DNA of 64,000 bases from Octopus sinensis (lineage: Eukaryota): contig NC_043005.1 of the NCBI RefSeq assembly GCF_006345805.1, positions 90,768,001 to 90,832,000 on the forward strand, read 5' to 3'. Of the stretch, positions 24,521 through 38,409 are shown in pieces. A program made the translations under genes and the position numbers. Every line of letters starts with the position of its first letter. The stretch's first letter is position 1. The notes under the pieces are model-generated. The model did no database searches. It saw only the letters and a program-made list of their open reading frames with translations, and was not told the origin of the DNA.

Positions 24521-26899
24521 GCGAAACAGCGATTTCACTATGCAGGATCGGACGAACAGGGGTACTTAGTGGTAGAAGTTATCTAAAAGAAGGGTGGGAC
24601 CAACACGCGCACACACACACAGACACGACAGAAAGGTAAGTGTGCATGAGTACAGTGAGACAAAGTGGATCAGCCACTCGACATGTAAAGTATGCAATGA
24701 CGTGGACACCGGAAGAAGATAAATGTAAGATAGCCAGTCCTAGGACACCTGGTGTTGGACGTTCCAATACGACATCAAATGCATGAGGATCAACTGGAGC
24801 GGAAAGGATTTAGGCAGATCGAATCCGCTGGAGGAAGCTTGCTGCCTAATGCTTTTCACGTAACGGTAGTATCTAAATTTAAGTAAAAGCTGCAACAAGG
24901 GTAGCTACATTGATTTATCGATGACTAAAGAAGGTAAATAAAACTATTGTTTCACGCTGCAATTTTGTTTATCTTCGACTGAATCCGCAGTTCTTATGTA
25001 AGTTCATAGTATGAGCATAGTGGACTGCCGTAACCAAATAAATAAATAAACAACGATTGTAACAATAACATATAGTTTTTAGGACCTTCAGGAGTAGATA
25101 AAATAATATGGAAATCGATATTGTGGTGCACCTGAGCACTGTATACAATAATTTCATTATCATTATCATGTTTTTTTCGGTATTTGAATAGCATCTGCAT
25201 TTTCTTTCAATGTATCGAATTTAAAATTAATTGCTTTCGGCATTTTTTTTTCTCGCTTTATCGAGCTTCACAAAACTTATTTAGTTTTGTATCATATACC
25301 ACTGCTAAGCAATATCGGCAGCACCATTTTTTAGTTTTAAGATTTTAAGCAACTAATTACAATAACAAAACCCGTGCCTGCAAACCGTCGTCAACGGAAG
25401 CAAACTGAAGGAAATGGTACGTTATTGATTTATCTTCCCATTGAACTTTTCCGTTTAAGAAAGTCGTCAGGTGGCAGCACGCACACACACACACACATAC
25501 ATACACACACACACAAATAAACACACACACACACAAATAAACACACATGTATATACACACGTGTGTGTAAACACAATCTCGTTGTTGGACGGCATGGCTC
25601 CTTCCGTAGTCAATGTCCTTGCGGCGACTCAAGGTACAAGACTTTATTTTGCTATAATCAAATTATTTACGACATTCTTTTTAACTGCTTGGCTGCCTAG
25701 AGTAATCTTTTAACTACCTGTAAAAAACAATCGAAGCTGTTTGTGTGTTTGCAAGAAGCATTACTACTTTATATAAACAATTAGGAGGAAGAAAGCAGCT
25801 TCGAGATTCCATTTCATTCATCCTCCTGTTTAAAATTGTGATGTTTATATTCACATAATATTCTGTTTAAAGATAGAGACAGCAGCTCTGTCATACGATG
25901 AAATTGACCGGTATATATGTATGTAACTGAACATAAACCTAATTTAATTTTTTATATTGATTTCCGGTGATGTGTAAACTAATCTAGAACAGTAGTGTAC
26001 GTATATTTTCTTCGTTAATTAACGTTGTGCTAATTAAAAAGCACCAACGTAGAAGTAAATAAGCTGTGCTCTCTCTCCCTTCTTCACTTTCACTTCGCAT
26101 TATGTATTGGTAAACCACTCTCGTAAAACATGTGAAGAAGCCGGTCGCTCGGCCAGCTAGAAATAACGGTCAAATCTTCTTCAGATCAGGATCATTTCGT
26201 CTTAGAAAATGGCATATAAATGTGACCATGGGCTCGTTGTACTCTGCCAAAAGACAGATGGCCATGGTTGGAATGTCTTTGATCATAGGCCTAAATACAC
26301 CTACATTGTGGATGTGTGTGTATATACTTGAATATTTATATGTATGTTTTGTATTTTACGAAGCTTGAATGATCGAATGGAAACTATTACACCCTATTCT
26401 CTTGTCAATGAGGGAAATCTCTATATAGCTGCTAGACCCATACAAAAATAGCAGCCAATTCTTCCTTAAATAGCACCCTACTGCCTTATGTATGTTTTTT
26501 TTTCTGTATGAGCCAACGAGGAAGACCTCTACATGGTAGTTACATATGTTAGAAATTGCAGCCAAATCTCTTTATAAGGACAGGTTTTCGATCGACTTGC
26601 TAGAAATCGCAGAGAATGTCTCCCACTGACCTAAGGGCTAAAGAACAATAATAAAATCTTCACCACTATCATTACTACTATTTGGTAGCAGTGGTGGTGG
26701 TGATATTGCTTGTAATATTCCCAACTCCACCACTAGAACGACAACAACCACTGCAACAACCTCCAACGTAACCAGTATTAACACTACCACCGCCAATACT
26801 AACAGCCACCACACTTCAATGGTTGTTAGCAGTTGTAACACGCAATATCACCATCACTACAGCCACCATATAGTGTTATCGTTTATTGTTGTTTAACCC

Positions 26900-27500
26900 C
26901 AGATCAGGTCACATCTTTGATTTGAGATCAAAATTGGATGCATTATATTGGCTGAAATTCCAGACAATTTCAATCTTTAAAGGATCGTAATTTTATTTAG
27001 TATTTCTCGAAAAATGGTCTTGATTTTTGTAATTAGCATGAAAAACTACAGCGTGTAGAAATTTTCGAAAAATTGGATCTGATATGTTAAACCGAAAAGA
27101 TTTCAAATTAATGAATGTACTGAGTTCAATTCCTCCAACATCACCTCATAAAATTGGCCGTTGTCCAGTTAGAAGTACGTGCCTCTGTGAGTCATCCGAG
27201 TTAAATTTATTTATTCGTGTGAACTCGGTTGACACGAGTTTTCCTCCTACTCACCATTGGCTTAACTCATAAATTTGTCTGAAGATTGCATTAGATTGTC
27301 TTAAAGTATTTACAAATTTAAGCATTAATTCCCAACACCTTTTAAACCTCTTTGCAAAGATAATTAACGAGAGAAAAAATTGTACAATACATAATTACAA
27401 ATTACTATTACTGTTTTAGTAAATTTATCTTTTCATCTTGCATTAAAAAGTTTATTTCTTTTTAATCATAGTACACATGTGGCTGGTGTATACCCTACCT
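26900..27500 (+). promoter_or_regulatory. Probable promoter / non-coding first exon region of the PRKCSH-like gene
   Basis: The first coding exon has a splice acceptor, so an upstream exon must exist. CpG decay starts at about 28.2 kb. Candidate donors aa|gtacgt (about 27175) and ct|gtgagt (about 27187). Inference only. Confidence 0.3.
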
Positions 27501-27767
27501 GCATTATATCGTTAGCTTCTATTACATTCTGCAAAACTGAACTAAACAGTCGAATGACGTGATTTAATGAATTAAAGCAATTTAAAACCAGGGGGAACCA
27601 TAGTTGGAAAATATACACACTTGGCTCGGCCGACAAAGTTTTCAAAGGCAGCGGTCCCCAATTTTTTTTTTATCATAGACCGTTTTCATGCAAGACACTT
27701 TTCCGTGGACTGGGGAATCATACACGTAACAAAACACAATTAAGTACATAATCTTTTATTTCTTACT

Positions 27768-30651
27768 CGTTTCAGTCATTAGACCGGGGCTAAACTGGAG
27801 CATCGCCTTGAGGAATTCTAGTCGAACTCATCGACCCCAGTACTTCTTTTTTTTTTTTTTTAAGCGTGGTACTTATTCTATCGGTATCTTTTGCCGAACT
27901 GCTAAGTTACGGGGACTTAAACATACCAGCACCGGTTGTCAAACAGTGGTGGGTGACAAATACACACATGTTTATATGCGATGGGCTTCTTTCAGTTTCT
28001 GTTTACCAAATCCATTCACAAGGATTTGGCAGTCCTGAGGCTATAGTAGAGGACACTTGCTTAAAGGTGCTACATGGTGAGACTGGACCTTACTTTATGT
28101 GGCCAAATTCCTAAATATGGCTTGAGTGTCAAACCATTTGCTCATTAAAAGTCTCTTGTTCTGTGCCTATTTAATGATATGAAATCTGAGATTTCTCAGA
28201 TAAAATTATCATATAATTTTACAAGAAAATGCTTTAATAGTGAAGATAAAATTTGTAAATTTATAAATTTATGGGCTTCCTAAAATCTTAAATATCTTTA
28301 AGAAAGTATCTTGAAACTGATAATGACGCTTGAACACTTGTTTTTGAATATATATATATGTATAGGTGCAGGCATGGCTGTTTGGTAAGAAGCTTGCTTC
28401 CCAACCACATGGTTCCAGGTTCAATCCCAATGTGTGACACCTTGGTCAAGTGTCTTTTACCATAGCCTCAGGCCAACCAAAGCCTTGTGAGTGGATTTGG
28501 TAGGCAGAAAACTGAAAGATGCTCATATATATGCATGTATGTATGTTTGTGTGTCTGTGTTTGTTCCACACTGTTACTTAACAACTGATGTTGGTGTGTT
28601 TACATCCCTATAACTTAGCAGTTTGGCAAAAGAGACCTATAGAATAAGTACTTGGCTTACAAAGAATAAGTTCTGGGGTCATTTTGTTTGACCAAAGGCA
28701 GTGTTCCAGCATGATCGCATATATATATATATATATATATAGATGCAGACATGGCTATGTGGTAAAAAGCTTGCTTCCCAACCACATTGCTTCCAGTTCA
28801 GTCTCACTGCATGGCACCTTGGGCAAGTGTCTTCTACTGTAGCCTCAGGCTAACCAAAGCCCTGTGAGCGAATTTGGTTGAAGGAAACTGAAAGAAACCT
28901 GCTGTGTACATGTGTATGTGTATATATTTATGTCTGTGACAACCAATGTTGGTGTGTTTACATCTCTGTAACTTAGTGGTTTGGCATAAGATACTGTTAG
29001 AATAAGTACTAGGCTTACAAAGAATAAGTCCTGGGGTCAACTTCTTCAACTAAAAAAACATGGCTGCAGTCAATGACTGAAACAAGTAAAAGAATAAAAG
29101 AGATTTACCGTAAATCCTCGAGTATAATACGCAGGGGATTTTCAGGGGGCTGTACCTCTGAAAAATCTAAACCTTGTGTATAATACACATCCCTTCTCTA
29201 ACTTGAGTCAAGGAGGTCTATATAACGTCTTTGGTTTGTAAAAATGCATACGGTAACGTCCTTTATTATTATTGTATATATAACATAATGCAAACGTGTA
29301 GCTTTTTTTGTGTATTTTGTTTGCAGAAAATAAAGAAATAACAGTAATAACATTTAATAAATGTTGCTTGCTGCAAGTTATGGATGATTCTTTTATGACT
29401 TCATTGCTTTCAGGTTTAGCTTAAGGTATTTTCACGCCCAACATCACAAAATGCGTCTGCATAAACATTGCCAGACAGCAAATAGAGACTTGGACATTGC
29501 TTAGAAAATATTTTTCATTTTTAACCTCGTATATAGTACGCACTAGGGATTTTGACCATTAAATTTTGGGGAAAAAATGCGGATTATACTCGAGGATTTA
29601 CTGTATATGTGTATATACATATGTATGTAGGCGCAGGCATGGCTGTGTGGCTAAGAAACTTGCTTTGCAGCCATGTAGTTTTGGGTTCAGTCCCATTGCA
29701 CAGCACCCTGGGCAAGTGTCTTCTACTTTAGCCCTGGGCTGATCAATGCCTCATGAATGAATTTGGTTGACAGAAACTGTGAAAGCTCATTGCTTGTGTG
29801 TATATATATTTATATATATATATACATATACACACACATATGTCTGTTTGTTTGCCTGTGTTTGCCCCGATTGCTTGATGACTGGTGTTGGTTTGTTTAT
29901 GTCCCCATAACTTAGCAGTTTGACAAAGGCGACTGATAGAATAAGCACCAGACTTAAAAACAAGTACTGAGGTTGATTTGTTCATTGTGATCTGAATACT
30001 AAAGTTTCTCCTCGTAAAGCAGTTCTGTAATGTCAAACTGACCCGACCTCTCACCTCTACCCTACCATGTCGTTGTAGAAGTAAACAACCACATCATTGA
30101 AATCTCAATGCATGAATAAATTTGACAGTGATCTGATTACTAAAGGGTTAAGAATCTTATTGCTTTCTTAACTACAGTTATGACCTTATCAGTAAATCAT
30201 ATTTCTTCTCTTAAATAACTCTGAAGATATGATTTTTGCTTATGTAAGTATAGTTTAGATTAAAATTAAGTGTAAGCAATTATATATGTTCTGTTTGAAG
30301 TGTCATAATCTCCATTAGATAAAACATTCACTTTGTTAAATAATTTTTGAATTGTTTATTTATAAAATGAAGATGGTCAAGATATGCATTGCTTTTATTG
30401 TTATTAGAGATTTATAACATTGGGGTATAATTATTATTGCATTAGCAAAGGTATTTTGCCTATCTTAATTATGAAATTTATCATTTTGTCAGTTGTGCTT
30501 AAATTCTATGCACATATATGTACATAGGCTTAACAGTGGCTGTGTGGTAAGTAGCTTGCTTATGAACCACATGGTTCCGGGTTCAGTCCCACTGCGTGGC
30601 ACCTTGGGCAAGTGTCTTCTACTATAGCCTGAAAGAAGGTCGTCATATGTA

Positions 30652-30682
<31 letters not shown>

Positions 30683-31456
30683 GTATATATGTGTGTGTGT
30701 GTATATATGTTTGTGTGTCTGTGTTTGTTCCCCCAACATCGCTTGGCAACCGATGCTGGTGTGTTTACATCCCCATAACTTAGCGGTTTGGCAAAAGAGA
30801 CCGATAGAATGAGTACTTGGCTTACAAAGAATAAGTCCTGGAGTCGATTTGCTTGAGGAAAGGCGGTGCTCCAGCATGGCCACAGTCAAATGACTGAAAC
30901 AAGTAAAAGTGAAAAGAGGCCTTTTTGAGAGTATTTTTGAATCGTTAATGCATGTTAGCTGCACTTTCTTATAATGTGAATGAGCAAATTTTATGTTCAG
31001 ACTTAATTATATCATCTTGTATTATGCTGAAGATTACTTTCCATCCTTTGGAATCTCCTTTTGTTTTACTCTTTTACTTCTTTCAGTTATTTGACTGTGG
31101 CCATGCTGGAGCACTGCCTTTAGTCAAGCAAATCAACCCCAGGACTTATTCTTTGTAAGCCTAGTACTTATTCTATTGGTCTCTTTTGCCGAATTGCTAA
31201 GTTACGGGAACGTAAACACACCAGCATCGGATGTCAAGCGATGCTGGTGGGGACAAACAGACACAAACACACACACACACATATATATATACATATATAT
31301 GACGGGCTTCTTTCAGTTTCCATCTACCAAATCCACTCACAAGGCTTTGGTTGACCTGAGGCTATAGTAGAAGACATTTGCCCAAGGTGCCATGCAGTGG
31401 GACTGAACCTGGAACCATGAGGTTGGTAAGCCAGCTACTTACCACTCCTGCGCCTA
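27768..31456. mobile_element. Cluster of six SINE family B copies upstream of the first coding exon: 27768-28080(-), 28364-28716(+), 28742-29100(+), 29628-30000(+), 30524-30912(+), 31066-31456(-)
   Basis: Each matches the family B consensus, with varying CpG decay. Confidence 0.88.
29108..29603. mobile_element. Tc1/mariner (pogo-like) MITE with TA TSD
   Basis: TA|ccgtaaatcctcgagtataat ... attatactcgaggatttactg|TA. Confidence 0.85.
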
Positions 31457-31575
31457 TGTTTTTTTAAAAAAATGTTTGTTTTTGTTTTTATTTCATGTGT
31501 TCTCATGTGTATCTTCTTGTTCTTCCTTGCAGTGGAACTTTGTTGGGAAAGCAATCAGAAAAAATAAAAATAGTT

Positions 31576-31896
31576 ATGAAGAGAATATTTTGGAGCAAAT
31601 ACCGAATTCTTTTGTTGCTGCTGGGGATGACAGCTAGCTTATACATTCTATTTCTCTATTATTCCATGTCGAAACTGGATGCGGTCAACAGTAATTCCTT
31701 TCTGTTAGAAAGAAGAAATATTATTAAAGTGGCAGCATTGCATGATAAAATGCAGGAAATTCCAGAAATTTCAGTTGTTTCAAGAGTACAGCAATCCAGA
31801 CTGCACTCAAAAGTTAAAATAAGAGGTGTATTTCTTGATCAAATGCACCTTTATTTTCCAACAAAGAACAACACATTTCAATGTCTGCATTCCAAG
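31576..31896 (+). CDS. PRKCSH-like: Glucosidase II beta (PRKCSH)-like gene, coding exon 1: basic tail, hydrophobic anchor, stem, start of G2B/LDLa-like domain
   Basis: Acceptor cttccttgcag at 31531-32 (exon starts 31533); ATG 31576 MKRIFWSKYRILLLLLGMTASLYILFLYY...KIRGVFLDQMHLYFPTKNNTFQCLHSK then GTAAGC at 31897; 321 nt, phase 0. RGV...Y...F.C matches the PRKCSH N-terminus. Confidence 0.9.
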
Positions 31897-32084
31897 GTAA
31901 GCATTTTAACTCCTGTGGTATCAAGAAACACTTCTCGCTCATATGGGTCACTTCTTCTAATGTCTGTGCATACCTATAGATGTTTACACACACACAAACA
32001 CTTACACATGTAAAGACAGTATTCTTCTGGGACCGTGTATTAAATATGAAAAAAAAATAAGCAAGGATAAAGAAAATAAATTGA

Positions 32085-32420
32085 AATCTTGTGTAAAGTG
32101 GTTGGCATTAGGAAGGGCATCCAGCCATAGAAACCATGCTAAATCAGACTGGAGTTTGGTGCAGCTTGCCAGCCCTGATCAAACCATCCAACCCATGCCA
32201 GCATGGACAACAGACATTATAAGATTATCATCATCATCATCGTTTAACATCTGCTTTCCATGCTAGCATGGGTTGGACGATTTTGACTGAGGGCTGGCAA
32301 ACCAGATGGCTGCACCAGTGTCCAATCTTGATCTGGCAGAGTTTCTACAGCTGGATGCCCTTCCTAATGCCAACCACTCCGAGAGTGTAGTAGTTGCTTT
32401 TTACATGCCGCCGGCATGTA
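32085..32420. mobile_element. Tail-to-tail pair of RTE-tail repeats (family C)
   Basis: + copy ggaagggcatccagc...ccatgccagcatgg abuts a - copy through a shared (ATC)n tail at about 32228-32240. Confidence 0.85.
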
Positions 32421-32640
32421 AAAGATGATATATATATATATATATATATACACAAAATAAGAAAATGGAGAAATATATCTAAATCATTCATCAACTATCA
32501 GATAATACCGAATCATATACTTTATTAAAACACTACACAAGAGCATTAAGATTAGACATTAATACAGTACAATAATTACAATCAATATAATGAGATATAA
32601 CTAAATAAAATAACAAGATATAAAAATACATATACATTAT

Positions 32641-32754
32641 AACTGACAGCTGTTTCGGCCATGCAGATAGGTGTCTCATTTAACCTATATTAGCCATATA
32701 TTGCAGGTATAAATGAGACATTAACAAATATATCTTACGGCCTCTTCGGAGATT
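32641..32754 (-). ncRNA. Near-intact type I hammerhead ribozyme with an 84-nt extended stem II
   Basis: Minus strand: tct CCGAAGA GGCC[gt aagata...tgtctcattta...taaatgagaca...tatct gc at]GGCC GAAAC AGCT GTC ag; GUC site; palindromic ACAGCTGT stem III. Confidence 0.7.
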
Positions 32755-33399
32755 CTAATGTAAGTATGAGTACATACCCAAAAATCATTTACATATAAAT
32801 ATAAATATGGGTGCATATATACTCATATCCTTATATATATACACATACGTAATAATATAAATAATATAAATCAATATATATCAATAAACATAATAATGTT
32901 CTATATTGAATGTTACAGTTCCTCAACCAATATTAAGAAATTACAACAGTTATATTCATACTTAATGCAGACATATATAGTAAACAGTTCATTATATTAA
33001 TTTGTGTTACTTTACAAAAAGTCAATAATGCTAATACCAATACCGTTATCAATAACAATAATGTTATCAATATCAATATTATTACTAATAAAACAATACA
33101 TATATCTCACAATTAACAACATAGTAGCAACACTGAAGACCAATAAATACCACCATAGTACTATTCAAGGCAAATAGATATCTGCATATATATGCAATCA
33201 GTCAAATTCTTCTGTTTGCATGGTATTAATTTCCACAGATGCATTCGATTGGCCTATACTTTTAAATTTGAATTACAATAGATATTTTACGGTTAGTTAG
33301 CTATATGAATGTTGTAGTTCGCTTGAAGCATTGTGATATCAAAGAATGTGGAAAGAGGGAAAATAGACAGCTTCTAACAATGCCAAAAGTTTGATAAAA

Positions 33400-33438
33400 C
33401 CTTAATATATTTCAGGCTCAAAGTCCCATCTTCAGAAG
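33400..33438 (-). ncRNA. Decayed hammerhead motif
   Basis: CTGAAGA T GGG actttgag CCT GAAA T atat TA; changes are consistent with CpG decay of cccgaaac. Confidence 0.4.
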
Positions 33439-33859
33439 AGAAGAACAGTCAAAGAAAAGTCCAGTTGTGTAGGATCCATTACTCCATTTAAACTCTCCAG
33501 CATTTATAAACACTTAACCCCCATCATCCCTACCCTTTCCTCTTCCTAACCTTTCCTACTTATTATCCCTCAACACTTATTCACAATATTCACCCTGACC
33601 CTGTCTCTTGCTCACCCATACAATCTGTACCTTCCCTTGTCCCCTTTCACTTCTGCTCACCTCGTATCCTGAGGGTCCACTCTATCACCTAATCACTTCT
33701 TTTTCATCTCTTTCCAGCTCCACTCTCTCTCCTCAAAACCCTCTGGTTCCTTGTTTCTCACTTTAACCTTTCATCCCATAGCATAAAACTACCTTCCTCT
33801 CTACTACACCCCCACTTAACTGCAGAAGAGAAGCCATATGGTAACATCACTAGTGCTGG

Positions 33860-35385
33860 TGCCATGAAAAAGCACACAATACAAGCTGCAGAATCATTAG
33901 CATCAAGAAGGGCATCACAGTTCATGACTTTTGGAAGGGATACAATATCTACAAGGCTGTACAGAACATAGCAGTGGCATGGAATGATGTACAGAGCAAG
34001 CTATGAATAGTGTATGGAAGAAGCTATGCCCACAATTCATGAATGATTTTAAGGGGTTTGATAATGTTGCCATCAACAAAAACATTGTAACTATGCCAAG
34101 CCAGATGCTGGTTGCTGTCTTCAGACACACATTAGATCCTCTCAAACCATCCACCCATGCCAGCATGGAACATGGACATTAGTAATGATGACAATGTTGT
34201 GTGTGTGTGTGTGTGTCTTCCTGTCTTGAAACTGCGCAACAGTTATAAAACAAGCACCACCATAATGCAATCAATGTCATTTGTTTCCTGCATTACTTGA
34301 AAATCATGTCTGGTCATGAGGAAACTGATGAGGTTTGGCAACTGGATGGGTATCTGGCCAAAGAAAATTTGCCTGAACAAATTCCATCTGACCCATGCAA
34401 GCATGGAAAAGTAGACATTAAATCAATGATGAAGATGATATAGATCTCTGCTTGCGAAGACCTGTTGAGGCAAGTGAAATCAAATTTGATGACTGGCGTC
34501 CGTGCTAGCAGGGTGAAATGAAACCACACAAGTGTGATCCTTGACCGAGCGGCTAACCAGCTTCCGTGCCAGTGGAACTTAAAAGGCACCATTCGAGTGT
34601 GATCGTTACCAGCGTCGCCTTACTGGCACTCGAGCCCTGTGCTAGTAGGGTGCTAAGAGCACCATCCGAGTGTGATTGTTGCCAGAGCGGCTAACTGGCT
34701 TCCATGCTGGTGGCATGTGTAAAAGATTTGAGCGAGGTCATTGCCAGTACCGCCAGACTGGCCCCGTACCAGTGGCACATAAAAAAAGCACCCACTACAC
34801 TTTCAGAGTGGTTGGTGTTAGGAAGGGCATCCAGCAGTAGAAACTCTGCTAGATCAAGATTGAAGCCTGGTGCAGCCATCTGGTTCACCAGCCCTCAGTC
34901 AAATCATCCAATCTATTCTAGCATGGAAAGCGGACGTTAAACGATGATGATGATATGTGCACACACACACACATCTTTATATGAATAAACATAAAATACA
35001 GCTTCCATGCTGGTGGCACGTAAAATGCACCATTCGAGCGTGATTGTTACCAGCGTCGCCTTGCTGGCACTTGTGCCGGTGCCATGTGAAAATACATTCG
35101 AGCAAGGTTGTTGCCAGTGCCGCTGGACTGGCTCCTGTGCAGGTGACACGTAAAAAATACCGTTTGAACGTGGCTGTTGCCAGTACCGCCTGACTGACTC
35201 TCATGCCGGTGGCACGTAAAAGCACCCACTACACTCTCGGAGTGGTTGGCTTTAGGAAGGGCATCCAGCTGTAGAAACTCTGCCAGATCAGATTGGAGCC
35301 TGGTGCAGCCATCTGGTTCGCCAGTCCTCAGTGAAATCGTCCAACCCATGCTAGTATGTAAAGTGGACGTTAAACGATGATGACA
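33860..35385 (+). mobile_element. Tandem family C (RTE-tail, (GAT)n) repeats with internal GC-rich subrepeats
   Basis: Repeated gccagt.ccgcc..actggc..ccgtgccggtggcacgtaaaa-gcacc units and 3' ...ggacgttaaacgatgatga tails at about 34950 and 35380. Confidence 0.8.
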
Positions 35386-36233
35386 GTGGTCAAGAGTTCA
35401 AACTTTGATATGGCTATTGTGTCTCTGAGCAAAGCAAAACTCTTCTTGCATGATTTTGTCTTATTGATAAAAGGCTCCCTTCTTTTTAATTTTAATCTTA
35501 TGGTTAGCAGTAGGAAGGGTTCCTGTTACCACAAGTAATTATAAACAAGAAGAAGGTTATCAATCAAGTAAAATTATGTCTGTACTGAGGAAGAAAATTC
35601 ATTATCAATGACTATTTCTGGTGAAGAAAACAGGCGAGAGAGTCACGGAATTGTAAATAATTAAAAATAGAATTCATTGAGGAATGAGTTTGATCTTTGT
35701 TAGTTCAGTGGCAACATCAGACTTCTTTCAATTTTATTAGACCTCATCAGCAGTGCATAGTATAACCATTAATGTCTGATCTTTAGAATTTATATGTATA
35801 AAATCTAATAAGAATAACACCAATTTATAAATGTATTCGTTTACAATTTTGTTAATTATCTCTTTTGATACCAACTCACCTGAAACTGTCTTCGATTCTA
35901 TGAATCAAATTTCCTGTTTTAAATTGATCTGAATTAAAACCATCAATCAAATTTTTTTTAAATTTATATTTCAAAAACCAGCTTAATAATAACAATGGTG
36001 TTTTACTAAATTTTTCATTAACTTCAAAATTGATTAAAACAAATGATATGTATTTAAAAAAGATATGGTAATAAAAAGCTAGAATATCTATTTTAAAACC
36101 TTCACCTACAAAACTTTGTATTCAAATTTATTTATTTATCTACAGTGGACTGAATTATTTTTCATTGTGTTTTAATCCAAATGTTTATTTGAATGGTTTA
36201 CAAAATGACTAATATTTTGGCCTTTCATTTCAG

Positions 36234-36325
36234 CAACAGATTCCATACCAGCATTTGAATGATGATTTCTGTGATTGCAATGATAACTCTGATGAACCTG
36301 GAACTTCAGCTTGTCATTCATCAAA
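36234..36325 (+). CDS. PRKCSH-like: PRKCSH-like coding exon 2 (first LDLa-like repeat)
   Basis: cctttcatttcag|CAA...TCAAA|gtaag; QQIPYQHLNDDFCDCNDNSDEPGTSACHSS, matching IP...VNDDYCDC.DGSDEPGT.AC; 92 nt, phase 0 to 2. Confidence 0.95.
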
Positions 36326-38022
36326 GTAAGACATCTAAAATATACTATTTCAGTTTATTAGACTGCAACCATGCTGAGGTACTACTTTGAAGAATTTTTA
36401 GCAAATGAATCAACCCCATTACAGGCATACCTCACCTTAAGTCATTTTGATTTAAGTTGTTCTCAATTATACATCGGTTTTCAAAAATAATATATGAAAA
36501 AATAAAAGTCAAGTCATTTTACTCAACTTTACGTCTGTCTGATACAAATATTGGAATTGTAAAATCACTATTCAAAATTACTATAAATAGCTGAGTTTTG
36601 CATCAGGACACCCATGAGTTGGATTATCTCCATTTTGACAGGGATTTCCTCCTTTTTTTTTATTTTTTCGTCACAGCCTTAGAAATGATGTAGGGAAGCT
36701 TTTCAGGAAAAAAAACTTGGGAAAATTTTTGATCCCCTCCCCTTTTTTTTGTTTTTGCATTACACTCTTAAAAACGATAGGAGAATATTTTCAGGCAAAA
36801 AGGTGTGTGATTTAACTGTTGTTTCTAACACATCCAACGACCATCTGGTACGACCATCTCAGAATTGCATGAATACTTAAATTAAAACACAAACGAAATC
36901 TCAAAACCAGTTCTTTGCTTTAGCTTTTAAAAGCATAAATTAACATCATTAAAAACATCTGTAACTTAGAGTAAACTCATTAGGAGAAAGAGAAAAAAAC
37001 AACAAACAAATAAGTAAACACTACCACAGATTGTCCTACTGTATTCAAAATCAGAAGAAAAAAGAACTCGCATCTGACTTTAATAGACTACAAAGTAATA
37101 TTCATTGCACAATGTAATTTTTATTGCTGAAATTTGACCAATATTTCTCAAAGGAAAACAAAATTTATACATACAGGTAGAATATCCACTTGATAAAATT
37201 TAAATGTCACTCTCCATACATTGTTTAAACAGTGAGAGGGGAATAAACAATATTCTTAACCCAATGATCCAATGCTAGTTTTAGCCTCTAGAAGACTCAA
37301 TTTGGTGCATTTTTTTATAGAGATATATGTTTACTTATTAACTAGTTCGTCCATTTCTTGAAATTCTGACTCAAATTCAATATTTGAAGCCTTGGATCTG
37401 TGTTCCTACCATGTGGGAATACAGCAGTTTGACAAGTAGTGTCAGTACACCATCTTCTTTATTGACTTCATAATGCTCTTTGCTATATCATGGCCAGATT
37501 CAGCAATGACCATACAGGATTTGCAAGAAATTTTTCTTTATGTTATAAAAATCTTGAAGAAAATATATTCTTTTCTAAATGGAAATTGACAATAAGATTT
37601 TCACTTTTATATTTCATAATGATTATTTAACCTATCCCTATCAATTTTAATATCAAAATAAGCAAAAACATTCCTCTTCATGCCTATGATTTTTGGTGCA
37701 AATTGTGTTACAGCACTCCAGCACATTGAACTAGAATGAGGGCCACCATTCACCAGTCAAAAAAAGTTGTGGGGAGCAAACTTTGTGAATGGGTGGAAAT
37801 AACAGGGTAATTGAGGGACCCTGGCATGATATGTAAGTGTCGGATTTTGCATGAGAAGGAAGTTCACATCCAGAACTTTCAAATGATATATAATTTTCCA
37901 TGGAATAAATGTATTTTGTCATGAAAATGATCAAAGAAAAAGTGTATTTTTGCATGGTCAAAGTGTACTTGTCTCCCTTCTACAGTGCTCTATAGTAAAA
38001 GTATTACACATTCAAAGTTCTC

Positions 38023-38211
38023 TTTTACTTGTTTCAGTCATTTGACTGTGGCCATGCTGGAGCACCACCTTTAGTCGAGCAAATCGACCCCAGGACTTAT
38101 ACTTTGTAAGCCTAGTACTTATTCTATCGGTCTCTTTTGCCGAACCGCTAAGTTACGGGGACGTAAACACACCAGCATCAGTTGTCAAGCGATGTTGGGG
38201 GACAAACACAA

Positions 38212-38242
<31 letters not shown>

Positions 38243-38409
38243 CACGACGAGCTTCTTTCGGTTTCCGTCTACCAATCCCATTCACAGGGCTTTGGTCGGC
38301 CCGAGGCCATAATAGAAAACACTTGCCCCAGGTGCCACGCAGTGGGACTGAACCTGGAACCATGCGGTTCGTAAGCAAGCTACTTACCACACAGCCACTC
38401 TTACGCCTA
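38023..38409 (-). mobile_element. SINE family B
   Basis: Reverse-complement match. Confidence 0.9.

Noticed and set aside
25588-25633. Plus-strand MAPSVVNVLAATQ|gtacaa as a possible first exon
   Set aside because: Weak donor, and phase 1 splicing to 31533 hits a stop before the main ATG.
27249-27300. Minus-strand ATG|GTGAGT perfect donor suggesting a divergent gene
   Set aside because: I found no compatible downstream minus-strand exon; the best acceptor (about 25707) has stops in all frames.
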